Shown here: positions 28,454 to 43,400 of the stretch, piece by piece
How the letters are laid out: every line of letters begins with the position of its first letter
How positions within the stretch are numbered: the stretch's first letter is position 1
Assembly: GCA_965116075.1 (NCBI GenBank)
Contig: OZ220467.1
Coordinates: 684,580 to 748,579 of the forward strand
Direction: 5' to 3'
Origin: Thermodesulfobacteriota bacterium
Lineage (GTDB): Bacteria > Desulfobacterota_D > UBA1144 > Nemesobacterales > Nemesobacteraceae
Length of the DNA stretch: 64,000 bases
Notes under the pieces: generated by a model
The model's input: only the letters and a program-made list of their open reading frames with translations
What the model was told of the DNA's origin: nothing
Database searches by the model: none
Position numbers and translations under genes: made by a program

Positions 28454-31400
28454 CGACTCGCGCGTCACGCGCTGGGAGTACGAGCAGACCAGCGGGGGCA
28501 CAACCGGGAACTGGAAGAAGATCTCCGCGAGCAATGCCTCAACCACCAGCCACACGGTGACGGGTCTGACCAACGGCACGCGGTACGGCTTCAGGGTCCG
28601 CGCGGCAAGCGATGGTCTCGGCGCCCCGTCGGCCTCCGTGTTCGCAACGCCACGGCCCGCTCCCTGCGCTTTGAGAATTGCCAGTGTCAGTGGGCCGGGT
28701 CCGACGGTCGCGTTCCGTTGGGGGCCCACCAAGGCAAATTGCGGCGACATCAGCCGGACGCAGGTTCAGAAGAAACTCGCCAGCAGCCCGGACTGGAGCG
28801 GGAGTGTCTGGGAAACCCTGTCCACGAATTACTATCGAAACTCCGGTGTCGCATTTACCGTGGACGACACCTTGCGGGTGAGTCTTGCCGAGGGCAACAG
28901 CTACCATGTGCGCGTCCGCGCGGTCAACGAAGGCCTCACCGTCACGTCCGAGGAAGGCGTCGCCGGCCCGCCGTCCTCGGAAACTCTTCTGTGGCTCGGT
29001 CCTCCAGGGTCTCCAACCGGGCTGAAAGCCGCGCCCTTTCAGGCTGCGATCCAGCTCACCTGGAACCAGCAGGCGTCAGGACAGAAGGTGACCGGGTGGG
29101 ATGTTCGGAGGAAGGAGGGCGCCGGCAGTTACGGCGAATGGGGCCGTATTACGGGTTCCGGCGCGAACACCGTCCTCCATTCGGCGAGCGGGCTGACGTC
29201 CGGGGTCGACTACACGTTTCAGATTCGGGCGGTGAACGCCGCCGGCGACGGTCGGGCTTCCGAAGAAGTGACCGAAACGCCGACCGGCGTGACGATCTCC
29301 CAACCCGCGCTGACGGTAGAAGAAGGTAGCAGCAGCACCTATACGGTGGTGCTTGATGCCGAGCCGTCGGCCGACGTCACGGTGATCGTGGGCGGCGCTG
29401 CGGCCGGCGTGTCGGTGAATCCGCCGTCGCTGGTCTTCTCGCTGCTGAACTGGAACCAGCCGCAGACGGTCACGGTCTCCGCGGCCGAGGACGACAACGC
29501 GGTTTCCGAACCGGTGACACTGACCCACAGCGCCAGCGGCGGAGGCCTGGACTCGGTGCTCATCCGCACGGTCGTGGTGACCGTGACGGAGAACGAAACG
29601 GCCGGATTCGCCCTGTCGGAGTCCGATCTGGAGCTGGAGGAGGGCGAGTCCGGCTCCTGGACGGTGGCGCTGACCTCCGAGCCGACCGCCGATGTGACGG
29701 TCACCATCAGCGGCGCCCCGAGCGGCGTGACGGTGACTCCGCCCACGCTGACGTTCACGGCCGCGGACTGGCAGACGCCGCAGACGGTGATGGTCGCGAC
29801 GGTCGACGATGAAGACGCGGCGCCGTTGCCCGCGGTGACGCTGACCCACAGCGCGTCCGGCGGCGACTACGGCTCGCTCACCGCCTCGGTTGCGTTGACC
29901 GTGACCGAGAACGACACGGCTGGGCTGACGTTCTCGGATGGCGACAAGGAGATCAGCCAGCTGGAGGTCATCGAGGACGGGTCGGGCAACTACATGGTGG
30001 CGCTGACGTCCGAGCCGACCGCCGATGTGACGGTGACCATCACGCCGGGGCCGGGCGACGTGACGGTGCAGTCGGGGTCGCTGACCTTCACTGCCCTCAA
30101 CTGGAGCGCCGCGCAGCAGGTGGTTGTCCTCGCGGCCGATGACGACGACGCGAAGACGGATCCTGCGGTGACACTGACCCACAGCGCGTCCGGCGGCGAT
30201 TACGGCTCGGTGACCGGCGTGCTCACGGTGGCCGTGCTGGAACATGATCCGCCCAGGAAGCCCGTGAACTTCAGCGCGACGGCGGGCGACAGCCAGGTGA
30301 CGCTGTCCTGGAACGATCCGCAGAATCCCGACATCAGCGGCTGGGAGTTCCAGCAGGCCGTGCGCGGCGCCAGCTTCGGCGCGTGGACGCCCATCCCCGA
30401 TTCCGACGCCGCGACCACCAGCCACACGGTCACGGGTCTGACCAACGGCGTCTTCTACAGTTTCAAGCTCCGCGCCGTCGCCCAGCTCCGGGAGTCCCTC
30501 AGGGGGGAGAAGGAAGACGCCGAGGGCGTCAGCTCCGACGAGATCAGCGCGCTGCCGCGCCGGGTGGGCAAGAACGTCACCCTGTTCGTCTCCGACGCAC
30601 AAATTGAAGAAGGACAGGCCGGCACGACACCTGTCTTGATCCGTCTCGTTCTCGGTGAGCCGGCGCCCGCTGGCGGGCTCGGCCTCGCCTTCGAGGTCGA
30701 TGGAACCTCGACGGCAACGGCGAGCGCGCCGGTCGCGACCAGTTGCTCGGCGCCAAACCCGATGGATGCGGACATGTGCTGGCCGCGGGGCGCCCGTGTT
30801 CTTGTGCCCGCAGCCCAGGACGTTGCCGTGCATCAAGTCGCTGTCCGAGGCGACCGGGCGATCGAGCCGAACGAGACCCTCGTGCTGAATGTCGTGCCCG
30901 CCATCGATGGCTGGACCGGGGACTCGGCCACCATCACCATCGTCGACGACGAGGTGGCGCCCGCCGCGCCGACGGGCCTCGCCGCCGGGCCGCGCAACGA
31001 ACAGGCGCTCCTCACCTGGGACGACCCGCAGAATCCCGGCATCACGCGCTGGGAGTTCCAGCAGAAGGAAGGCTCGGGCGGCAGCTACGGCGCCTGGACG
31101 GCCATCCCGGGTTCCGATGCCGCGACCACCAGCCACACGGTGACGGGCCTGACCAACGGCACGGAGTACGGCTTCAAGGTGCGCGCGGTGAGCCCCCGCG
31201 GCAACGGCGCCGAATCGGCCGAGGCGACGGTGACGCCGGGAGCGGTTCCCGCCGCGCCCACTGGCTTCAGGGCGACCCCAGGCGACGCGCAGTTAGAGCT
31301 GTTCTGGGATGCTGCCCCGGACAACTCCGGCATCCTTCGTTGGGAAGTGCGGTTCAGGAAGGGCAGTGAGGACTACCAACAACCGTGGGCGCCGATCCCG

Positions 31401-34400
31401 GGCGGCGCCGCAACAACGAAATTGGGGCCGCTCACCGCTGAAAACGGCATCGTGCGCACCTACCAGTTGCGCGCAGTGAATGCCGCCGGCCCCGGAGAGG
31501 CCGCCGAACTGACCGCGACGCCGCTTCCGCCCTTGCCCCGGAAGCCGGCGGCGCTGAAGGCGACCGCTGGCAACGCGCAGGTGGCTCTCGCCTGGGATCA
31601 TCCCCCTATCGTCCCTGGGAGTGATTTGCGCAAATACGAACTCCAGCGCAAGCAAGGCGCCAGCGTCAGCTACGGCGCCTGGACGCGGGTCGACATCGTT
31701 CGGGAAGATCTGGGATTCCTTCGGTACGAGGCGCGCCATGTGGTCACGGGCCTGACCAACGGTGAGACCTACAGCTTCAGGGTGCGCGAGTTGAATGAGG
31801 CCGGCGCCGGCCCCGCATCGGACGAGGTGACGGTGACGCTGCCGGCCGTCGTGCCCGCTGAACCGACCGGAGTCCGCGCCATCGCCAGCAACCGTCAGGT
31901 GCTGCTGCGCTGGGACGACCCGAACAACCCCGGCATCACCCGCTGGGAATTCCAGGGGAAGGAAGGCCCCAGCGTCAGCTACGGCCCCTGGGCGCCCATC
32001 TCCGGTTCCGACGCTGAGACCACCAGCCACACGGTGACCGGTCTGACGAACGACACCGTCTACGCCTTCAAGGTGCGCGCCGTGAACGCGACCGGCGCCG
32101 GCGCCGCGTCTTCCGAGGTCACGGCGACGCCGATCGCCGTGCCGGCGCCGCCGTCGGGCTTCCGGGCGACGCCGGACCACCGCAGCGTGATCCTGACCTG
32201 GGACGACCCGAAGGACAGCAGCATCACGCGCTGGCAGGTACGGTTCTTGCCGGAGACAGAGGAGTTCCAGGATGCGAACTCGAACTGGCTGGACATCCGC
32301 GGTTCCGGCGCGACCACCACGCGGCACGAAGTGGGCCGCTTGCCGTCCGGCCAGATCCACCGCTTCCAGGTGCGTGCTGTCAGCAATGCCGGCGTCGGGC
32401 CCGCGTCGGACGAGGCGCTCGCCGGCCCGGCGGATCCCGGCGTGACCGTCTCGACCTCCAGCCTGACGGTGGAGGAAGGCGGCAGCGGCGAGTACACGGT
32501 GAAGCTGAACACCTCGCCCCTGGGCCGCCAGGTGGTGATCGCCGTGGCCGGCGCGTCCGGCGAGCTGAGCGCGGCGCCGGCGACCCTCACCTTCACCGGC
32601 GCGAACTGGATGGAAGCGCAGACGGTCACGGTGACCCTGGCCGAGGACGGCGACGCGCAGACCGATGCCGCGCAGACCCTGACCCACAGCGCCCGGGGCG
32701 GCGGCTACGACCATGTGGACATCGCCTCGGTGACGGTGACGCTGGCGGAGAACGACCCGCCCCTGAAACCGGCGAACTTGCGCGCCATCGCGGGCAACGG
32801 CCAGGTCATGCTGTCCTGGGACGACCCGGAGAATCCCGACATCACCGGCTGGGAGTTCGCGCAGAAGACGGGCGACGGTAGCTATGGCGGCTTCACGGCC
32901 ATTTCCGGTTCCGACGCTGAGACCACCAGCCACACGGTGACGGGGCTGACGGACGGCACGCGGTACGGCTTCAAGGTCCGCGCCGTGAGCGCCGTCGGCG
33001 ACGGCGCCGAGTCGGACGAGGCGACCGCGACCGCGGGGCGGCCGAGTCTGAGCGTGGCGGATGTGACCGCGGCCGAGGACGGCACGTTCACCTTCACGGT
33101 GACGCTGGATCCGGCGGCGCCGGCGGACGTGACCTTCAAGTACGCAGTGACCGCGGAGAGCGGCGACACCGCGACGGCGGACACGGACTTCACCGAGGTG
33201 GCGGCGACCGCGGCCACCATCTCGGCGGGCGATACCACCTTCACGTTCACGGTGACGGTGGCCGACGACAAGCTCGACGAGGACGACGAGACCTTCACCG
33301 TGACGCTGTCGGAGCCGTCCGCCAACGCCCAGCTCGGCGACGCCGCGGCGACCGGCACGATTACCGACAACGACGCCTCGCCGGTGCTGGCCGATATCGA
33401 CAACCTCACGCTCAGGCTCGGCCGGACCGTGGACATCACCGCCACGGCGACGGACGCCGACGCCGGCGACACGATCACCTACGCCTGGACGCGCAAGGCC
33501 GGCGAGACCACGCCGCCGCTGCCGAGCAGCCCGGCCCCGGACCTGGACAAGGCCCGGCTCACCTTCACCCCGACCGAGGCCGGCGTCTACACGATGACGG
33601 TGACGGCGAGCGACGGCGACAGCAACGGCAACAAGCACGGCAACACGGACACCGGGGAAGTGGTCATCACCGTGGTCGGCAAGGCCGCGGTGTCCGTGCC
33701 GGCGGCGCTGTCCGTCACCGAGGGCACGGACACGAACGCCACGGTGACGGTGACCACCGAGGAGGCGTTCGGCGAGGACGTGACCTTCGACGTGAGCTAT
33801 GGCGACACCAGCGCCACCGGAGCGACCAATGCGGCAGACGGCGACTACGACAACGACGCCGTGACGTCGGTGACGTTCTCGGGCGCCGACACCACGAAGA
33901 CCATCGCGATCCCGATCAACGACGACGGGCTCGACGAGGACGACGAGACCTTCACGGTCATCATCGCGCTGGCGGAGGGCAGCGCCCTGCCGGCCGGTTT
34001 CGCGGACGGCAACCTCACGACGACGGTGACGATCGTCGACAACGACCACTCGCCGGTGCTGCCCGACTATCCACCCACCGGAACGATCCGGGTGGGCCAG
34101 GAGGTGGATCTCTCGGCCGAGGCGACGGACGAGGACGGGGACACGGTGACGTACACCTGGACGCGCAAGGCCGGCGAGACCACGCCGCCGCTGCCGGACG
34201 GCACGAACCTGAATCAGGCCCAGCTACTCTTCACGCCGACCGAAACCGGCGCCTACACGATGACGGTGACGGCGAGCGACCCGTACGGCAACACCGACAC
34301 CGCGACGGTGGCCCTCACGGTGGTCCGAGCGCACGTGGTCTCGGCGCCGCCGGCGCTGTCGGTGACCGAGGGCACGGACGCGAACGCCACAGTGACGGTG

Positions 34401-37400
34401 ACGACGGAGGCCGTGTTCGGCGAGGACGTGACCTTCAACGTGAGCTACGGCGGCACGAGCGCGACCGGCGCGGCCGATCCGGCGAACGGCGACTACGAGA
34501 ACGACGCCGTGACATCGGTGACGTTCTCAAGCGCCGAGACGACGAAGGACATCGCGGTCCCGATCACCAATGACGACCTCGACGAGGACGACGAGACCTT
34601 CACGGTCACCGTCGCCCTGCCGGAGGGAGCCTCCCTGCCGGTCGGCTTCGCGCCCGGCAACCTCGCGACGACGGTGACCATCGCCGACGACGACCACTCG
34701 CCGGTGCTGGCGGAGATCAAGGACCGGATGGTCACGCCGGGCGATGACATCGACATCACCGCGTCCGCAACCGACGAGGACGGGGACACGGTGACGTACG
34801 CTTGGACGCGCAAGGCGGGCGAAACGCCGGCAATCCCGAACGGCACGGATCTGAACGCCGCGCGCCTGATGTTCACGCCTGAGGTCGGCGCCTACACGAT
34901 GACGGTGACGGCGAGCGACCCGCACGGCAACACGGACACCGAAGAGGTGACGATCACGGTGGCCAGCGTGGAGGCGCCGGTGCTGACCGGGGTCACCTCG
35001 ACGAGCGCCGCCGTGGTCAACCTCGCGTGGACGCACTCCGGTACGGCCCCGGGCGATTTCATCGGCGACCCCGGCGGCGCTCTGCGGATCTACTGGGAAG
35101 CGGAACATCGGCTGAAAGGCGCCGGCGACAGCGACTGGGACGATTACTCGAACGCCAGCCCCAGCGTGGGCGGAGGCAACACCCGGCGCACCATGGCGGT
35201 CACTGTTGTGAGCGATTACCCGCACGGCGCGGCGGTTGAGTGGCGGGTGCGAGCCTCGGTCGGCGGCGGTTCGCATGGTCCCTGGTCGAACGTTCGGGAA
35301 GTTACGTTGCAGAACAGCGAGCTGGCGGCGCTGACGTTCACTGGTGCGCCGGTGACGGTGGCGCCGGGTTCCAGCAAGACCTACACGGTGGCCCTGACCG
35401 AGGCGTTTGCCGGCACGCTCAGCATCACGAGTTCGGACACGGCGACGGCGACGATCAATCCGCCCAGCCTGACGTTCACGGCGCAGAATTACAACATGGC
35501 GCAGGACGTGACGGTGACCGGCGTCAAGGCCGGCAGCGCCACCATCGGCCACGCCTTCCGTCTGACCGGCGCCACGGCGGATGCGATTGCGGACGCTGGT
35601 ACGGTGGCGGTGACGGTGGTCGCCACACCCGCGGCGCCGGCGGGCCTGACGGCGACGGCGGGCGACGCGCAGGTGGAACTGTCGTGGACCGACCCGGGTA
35701 ATGCCGGCATCACCGTCTGGGAATTCCAGCAGAAGGAAGGCTCCGCCGGCAGCTACGGCGCCTGGACGGCGATTTCCAATTCGGACGCCGAGACCACGAG
35801 CCATACGGTGATGGGTCTGACCAACGACACGCTCTATGGCTTCAAGGTGCGGGCGGTGAATGGTGCGGGCGCCGGCACGGCCTCGGCCGAAGTGACGGCG
35901 ACGCCGGAGAAGCCAGTTTCGCTGAGCATTGCGGACGTGACGGCGTTGGAGAACGCGGGGACGATGTCGTTCACGGTGACAGCGGACCCGGCGCCGGCCT
36001 CGCCGATCACGTTCAGTTATAGGGTGACGGCGGAGAGCGGCAACACGGCGACGGCGGGCGTGGACTTCACGGAGGTGGCCACGGCGACCGAGTTGACCAT
36101 TGCGGCGAGCGCGACCACGGCGACGATCGCAGTGACGGTGACGGACGACGACCTCGACGAGGACGACGAGACCTTCACGGTGACGCTGTCGGGGCAGTCC
36201 GCCGGCGTGCTCCTGGGCGACGACAAGGCGACGGAGGCGATCACGGCGATGGGCACGATCACCGACGACGACCACTCTCCGGTATTGAAGGAGATCAAGG
36301 ACCAGAGGATCACGCTGGGCGAGGCCGTAGACATCACGGCGTCCGCCACGGACGAGGACGGGAACACGGTGACGTACGCCTGGACGCGCAAGGCGGGCGA
36401 GACGACGCCGTTGCTGCCGGACGGCACGGTGGAGAACGTGGCTCGCCTGACGTTTACGCCGCCCGATGTCGGTGCCTATACGTACACGGTGACGGCCTCG
36501 GACGGCAACGGCAACACGGACACCGAGGAGGTGACCATCCGGGTGGTGGCGGCCGTGACGGCGCCGGTACTGACCGGCGCCACTTCGTCGAGCGCCGCCG
36601 TGGTCACGCTCACCTGGACGCACTCCGGTACGGCCCCGGGCGATTTCATCGGCGACCCCGGCGGCGCTCCGCAGATCTACTGGGAAGCGGAACATCGGCT
36701 GAAAGGCGCCGGCGACAGCGACTGGGACGATTACTCGAACGCCAGCCCCAGCGTGGGCGGAGGCAACACCCGGCGCACCATGGCGGTCACTGTGGTGAGC
36801 GATTACCCGCACGGCGCGGCGGTTGAGTGGCGGGTGCGAGCCTCGGTCGGCAGTTCGCATGGTCCCTGGTCGAACGTTCGGGAAGTTACGTTGCAGAACA
36901 GCGAGCTGGCGGCGCTGACGCTGACCGGTGCGCCGGTGACGGTGGCGCCGGGTTCCAGCAAGACCTACACGGTGGCCCTGACCGAGGCGTTTGCGGGCAC
37001 GCTCAGCATCACCAGTTCGGACACGGCGACGGCGACGATCAATCCGCCCAGCCTGACGTTCACAGCGCAGAATTACAACATGGCGCAGGACGTGACGGTG
37101 ACCGGCGTCAAGGCCGGCAGCGCCACCATCGGCCACGCCTTCCGTCTGACCGGCGCCGCGGCGGATGCGATTGCGAACGCCGGCGCGGTGGCGGTGACGG
37201 TCGCAGCCGCCACCAAGCCCGCCGAGCCGACCGGTCTGGAGGCGACCCCGGGCGACACCCAGGTGACGTTGTCCTGGGACGACCCGGACGATGATTCCAT
37301 CACCGGGTATCGGGTACAGCGACATGGAGGAAGTCGCTGGGGCAGGTGGACAGACATCGCCAATTCGGACGCCGACACCGTGAGCCACACGGTGACGGGC

Positions 37401-40400
37401 CTGACCAACGGCACCAAGTACCGTTTCCGCATCCGGGCGGTGAACGACGTCGGTAACGGCGCCGAGTCTTCGGTGGTGCGGGCGACGCCGACGTTCGTCG
37501 AGCCTGTCACCCTCACCGCCACGGCCGGACCGCGCGGCGCCGTGACGTTGAACTGGACCGTCAAGAGCAGCAACCCCAATCGGCTGGTCAAGGGTGCCGA
37601 CCGCGTCAGCGGGTGGGAAAGCCGGTACCGGCTGAAAGGAAGACAGGACTGGAACGGATTCGTCCGCCACACAACCACCGGAGGCGATTCGCGGACCGTC
37701 TCGACGAACATGTCGGATCTCATTCCGCATGGCGGGATCGTGGAGATTCAGATCCGGCCGGCCGGTTCCTCCGGCGCCTCGGTCTCGACGCGAACAGGCC
37801 CCTGGTCGAACACGGCGACGGTCACCCTCAACGACGTGGACGACGCCAATACCGCCCTCAAGTTCACCGGTGTTCCGATCACGGTGGCGCCGGGCGAGGA
37901 TGCCACCTACACGGTCCGGCTGACCAAGCCATACGCGGCGGGTACTGTGTCAATCACGAGCGACGCCACGGGCAAGGCGACGGTGGACCCGGCGTCCCTG
38001 ACGTTCACGGCGCAGAATTACAATGTGGCGCAGGACGTGACGGTGAGCGGCGTGGAGGCCGGCACGGCGACCCTCAACCACTCGTTCCGGGTGACCGGCG
38101 CCAGCGCCGATGCGGTTCCCGACGCGGGTACGGTGGCGGTGACGGTCAGCGCGGCCCCCGCCCCCGGCGTGACGCTCTCGTCGACCGAGCTGACGGTGGA
38201 GGAAGGCGCCAGCGGCGAGTACACGGTGAAACTGGACACGGCGCCGTCGGCGAACGTGACGGTGACGGTGGGCGGCGAATCGGGTGAGGTGACGGTGGAC
38301 CCGTCTTCGCTGACGTTCACGCCGTCGAACTTCGGCACGGCGCAGACGGTTACGGTCAACGCCGGGGCTGACGAGGACACGACGGACGACACGGCGACGC
38401 TGACGCATAAGGCTTCCAGTAGCGACATGGGCTACGGCGACTCCCTGGACATCGACGATGTCACGGTCATGGTGACGGACACGACGCCGATATTGCAGCT
38501 ATTGACGGATCCTGCGGCGGTGATGGAGGGCTCGGACATCAGCCTGATGGTGACGTCGGACCGCGCGTTGACGGGCGATCTGACGGTGAGTCTGACGCTT
38601 TCGGGTCGGGGTTTGAGCGGTTTCGACGCGGACGACATCCCGGGTATGCTGGGTCCGCGGCCCTTCACCGCGTCGTTCGGCAACAGCGCCAGCACGACGG
38701 GTACGGTGACGATCCCGACCAGCACGGACTCGGATGCGGAGGGCGCGGAGACCTACACGATCACGCTGAACGACGGGACCGGCTACGCGCTCGGCGCCGA
38801 CAAGACGGCGGACGGCACGCTGAACGACCCGCCGCAGTCCACCGCGCTGAGCATCGCGGACGTGACGGCGGCGGAGGACGGGACGTTTACATTCACGGTG
38901 ACGGCGGCGCCGTCGCCGTCCTCGCAGGTGACGTTCAAGTACACGGTGACGGCGGAGAGCGGCGACACGGCGACGGCGGATACGGACTTCACGGCGGTGG
39001 CGACAGCGACCGCGGCGACCATCGCGGCGAACGCGAGCAGCGCGACGATCACGGTGACGGTAACGGACGACGCCCTCGACGAATCGGACGAGACGTTCAC
39101 GGTGACGCTGTCGGAGCCGTCGTCCGGCGTGACGCTCTCTGACGCCACCGCAACGGGCACGATCCAGGACAACGACCCCTCGCCGGCCCTGTCGATCGCG
39201 GCGCCGGCGGCGGTCGCGGAAGGCGACAGCGGTAGCGCCGATATGATATTCACGGTCACGCTGGACGCGCCCAGCGGTCGTGCGGTGACGGTGGACTACG
39301 CGGTGGATGAGACCTCGACTGCGACGGCGGGGACGGACTTCAGCGGTGGCGCCGGCACGCTAACCTTTGCGGCGGGTGAGACCAGCAAGACGATTACGGT
39401 TGCGGTTGCGGGCGACGAGTTGGACGAGGTGGACGAGACGGTGACGCTTAAGCTTTCGAACGCGACCAACGCCAGCATCGCCACCGCGACGGCGACGGGG
39501 ACAATCACGGACGACGATCCGGCCCCTGGCGTGACGGTTTCCGTCTCCGAACTGACGGTGACGGAAAGCAGCACCGCCAACTACACCGTGGTGCTGAATA
39601 CGCGGCCGGCGGGTGAGGTGACGGTCACGCCGCGCAGCGACGACCCCGGAGCGGCGACGGTGTCCGGTCCGCTGACCTTCACCCGCTTTAATTGGAACAG
39701 GCCCCGGACGGTGACGGTCACGGCGGTGCCGGATGGCGATACCGGCGACGAGAGCGTCACTGTGAGTCATGCCGTGACCGGCTACGGTAGTGTGAGCGCG
39801 GCCCCGTCCGTATCGGTGACGGTGACGGACACGACGCCGACGCTACAGTTATCGACGGATCCGGCGGCGGTGACCGAGGGTGAGGCGATCAATCTGACAG
39901 TGACATCGGACAAGGCGCTGGCGGGTGGTCTGGCGGTGAGTCTGACGCTGGAGGACCGTGACACGAGCGGTTTCAAGGCGGAGGACATCCAGGGATCCTT
40001 GGGTCCGCGCGACTTCATCGCATCCTTCGGCGCCACCGCCAGCACAACAGGGACGGTGACGATCCCGACCAGCACGGACTACCTTGAGGAGGGCCAGGAG
40101 ACCTACCGAATCACGCTGAACGAGGGCGCCGGCTACGCGGTAGACGAGGACAACAACACGGCCGACGGCGCGCTGAACGATGGCACGCCGGCCCTGGGCG
40201 CCGGTGCGATTGCGCTGTTCATTTCGGACACGGAGGCGGCGGAGGGCGAGAAGATGTTGTTCACGGTGTCGGTGGCGCCGGCGTCGTCCTTGCCGATCAC
40301 GTTCAAGTACACGGTGACGGCAGAGAGCGGCGACACCGCGACCGCCGGCTCGGACTTCACGGCGGTGACGATGCCGATGGAGGCGACGATTGCGGCGAGC

Positions 40401-43400
40401 GCGACGAGCGCGACGATCAGCGTGTCGCTCCTCCAGGACACCGAGGTCGAGGGCGACGAGACGTTCACGGTGACGCTGTCCGAGCCGTCTTCGGGCGTGA
40501 CGATCACGGATGCGACGGCGACCGGAACGATCGCTGACGACGACGAGGGCATCGCCAGGCCGACCTCGTTGCGCATCACGGCGGTGGAGGACGCGATCAC
40601 GCTGCGGTGGACCGCCCGGACCGACCCCGAGATCGACAAGTGGCAGTACCGGTTCAAGAACAAGGAGCGCAGCTGGCGCGGCTGGAACCCGTTTGATGTC
40701 AGGAACAGCACGGCGTCGACCCGATCCGTCACCCTGAACAAGAGGGGTACATTGCACGGGGGCGTGGGTCAGTATCAGGTCCGGGCGGTGGTTGTCGTCC
40801 CGATCCGGCCGGAGTTTGGCGGAGGCGAGGAGGAGACCTTCGGTCCGTGGTCGGAACTGGCGGAGGTGAGCATTGTCAACACCGACAACCTGGGTCTGGA
40901 GTTCAGCGGCGGCGGGATCACGAGGACGGGAGGCGCCAGCGTTGCCTGGAACGCAAGCGTTGCGCAGGATGCCAGCATAACCTATGGCGTGAGGCTGAGC
41001 GCCGCGGCGCTGCCCTACCTGGATCGGACGGCGGAGGTGACGCTGACGGGCGGCAGCGGTGTGCGGGTAAGCCCGGCCTCGCTGACGTTCACCCGTGCCA
41101 CCGCCCGGACCGCGCAGCCGGTGACGATCACGGGGGTTGCCGCCGGCAGCGCCGCCATTGAGCACGCCGTCCGTTTTCCGGCGCTGGCGCTGCTTGATCC
41201 CGCGGGGACGATTGCGGTGACGGTGACGGAGGAGGAAGCGGTGTCGCTGAGCGTGGCGGACGTGACAGCGGCGGAGGGTGGTACGTTTACGTTCACGGTG
41301 ACGGCCAATCCGGCGCCTTCGGCAGAGGTGACGTTCAAGTACAAGGTGACGGCTGAGAGCGGTGACACGGCGACTGCGGATACGGACTTCACGGTGGTGA
41401 CGACGGCAACGGCAAAGACGATTGCGGCGAACGCGAGCAGCGCGACGATCACTGTGTCGGTGACGGACGACACCCTGGATGAGGCTGATGAGACGTTTAC
41501 GGTGACGTTGTCGGACCCGTCCTCCGGGGTGACGCTCTCGGACGCCACCGCAACAGGCACGATTACGGACAACGACGATCCGCCTGCTCTGTCGATCGCG
41601 GCGCCGGCTACGGCGGTTGCGGAAGGCGACAGCGGCAGCGCGGATATGACGTTCACCGTCACGCTGGATGCGGCCAGCGGTCGTGCGGTGACGGTGGATT
41701 ACGCGGTGGATGCGACCTCGACTGCGACTGCAGGGACGGACTTCAGCGGTGGCGCCGGCACTCTAACCTTTGCGGCGGGTGAGACCAGCGAGACGATTAC
41801 GGTTGCGGTGACGGGCGACGAGTTGGACGAGGTGGACGAGACGGTGGTGTTGAAGCTTTCGAATGAGAGCAACGCCACGATCCCCACTGCGACGGCGACG
41901 GCGAGTGGAACGATAACGGATGACGACGCATCGCCGGTGCTGGCGGCGCTGACGGCTCAGACGGTGACGGTCGGCGAGGACGTGGACATCACGGCGTCGG
42001 CAACGGACGGAGATGGGGACACGGTGACGTACGTCTGGACGCGCAAGGTGGGCGAGACGACGCCGGCGATTCCGAATGACACTGTGCTGGACGAGGATCA
42101 ACTGACGTTCACGACGACGGCGCCGGGCACGTACACGATGACAGTGACGGCCTCAGACGGCAACGGCAACGAGGACACCGAGACTGTGACGATCACGGTG
42201 ACGACGTCCACAGTCATGGCGGCGCCGTGCAGGATTGCGATTTCGTCGTTGAGTAGTCCGAATCAGCGGATACTGTTTGTGACGGTGAGCGTACCGGCCA
42301 ACTGCGGACCAGTTCCGAAGGCGGAGATACAGGTCAAGACCGCGGCTCAGGAGTGGAGCGACGTGTCCTGGATTGCCTTGGGGAACCTGGCCCTGTCCAA
42401 CAGCGATCAGCCGCAGACGGTCTCTAGAGTGTTCAACCTGTCGCCACCGGGCCTTCCGCCGCTGACGGGTTTGCGCAATGTGCGGGCGCGGGCGCTCAAC
42501 GGGGATAAGGCGGGTCCGGAATCGGTGGTTGCGCACATCTGGTTTGGTCCGCTGTCGCAGCCGGCAGGTTTGCAGGCGGTGGCGGGCAACCGGCACGTGA
42601 AGTTGAGTTGGACGGACGCGGCGAACCCGACGTTGACGGGTTGGGAGTACCGACAGAAGCCGGATGGCGGTGAGTACGGCGAGTGGACGGCGATGAGCGG
42701 TTCCGGCGCGGGGACGACCAGTTATCCGGCGCCGGGGCTTACGAACGGTACGGAGTACGCGTTCCAGATTCGCTCAAGGAGCGGGAGCGCCGCCAGCGCG
42801 GCTTCTTCGGAAGTGACGGCGACGCCGACGGGGGGCGTACCCAGGCAGCCGGAGCTCACGTCCGGCGAGCCGGGCGACGGTCAGGTACGGGTGTTGTGGC
42901 GCGCCCTTGGGGACCCGAGCGTGACGAAGTGGCAGTCGCGACGGAAGCTGGACAGCGCTACCAACTGGCCTGATACCTGGATGGACATCAGCGGTTCCGA
43001 TGCGGAGACGACGAGTCATACGTTCACCGGTCTGACGAACGGTACGCCGTACGCGTTCCAGGTCCGCGCGGTGAACGACCAGGGCGCGGGTCCGGCTTCG
43101 ACGGGTTTGAGCGCGACGCCGAGCGTTGAGCCGTTCGTGAGGCCTGTGGGCGTGGCCGCGAAGGCGGGCAATGGTCAGGTGACGCTGTCATGGACGGACC
43201 CGGGCAACGCGTCAATCACGAAGTGGCAGTATCGTTGGAAGCTTGCCAGCGTGAGCGCTTGGGGCGCGGTGAAGGACGTGTCCGATTCGGATGCGGAGAC
43301 GACGAGCGTGGAGGTGACGGGGCTTACGAACAGCGCGGCGTATGACTTCCAGGTGCGCGCGTTCGGTACCGTGAGTGGTTACTGGTCGTTGGTGGTGTCG

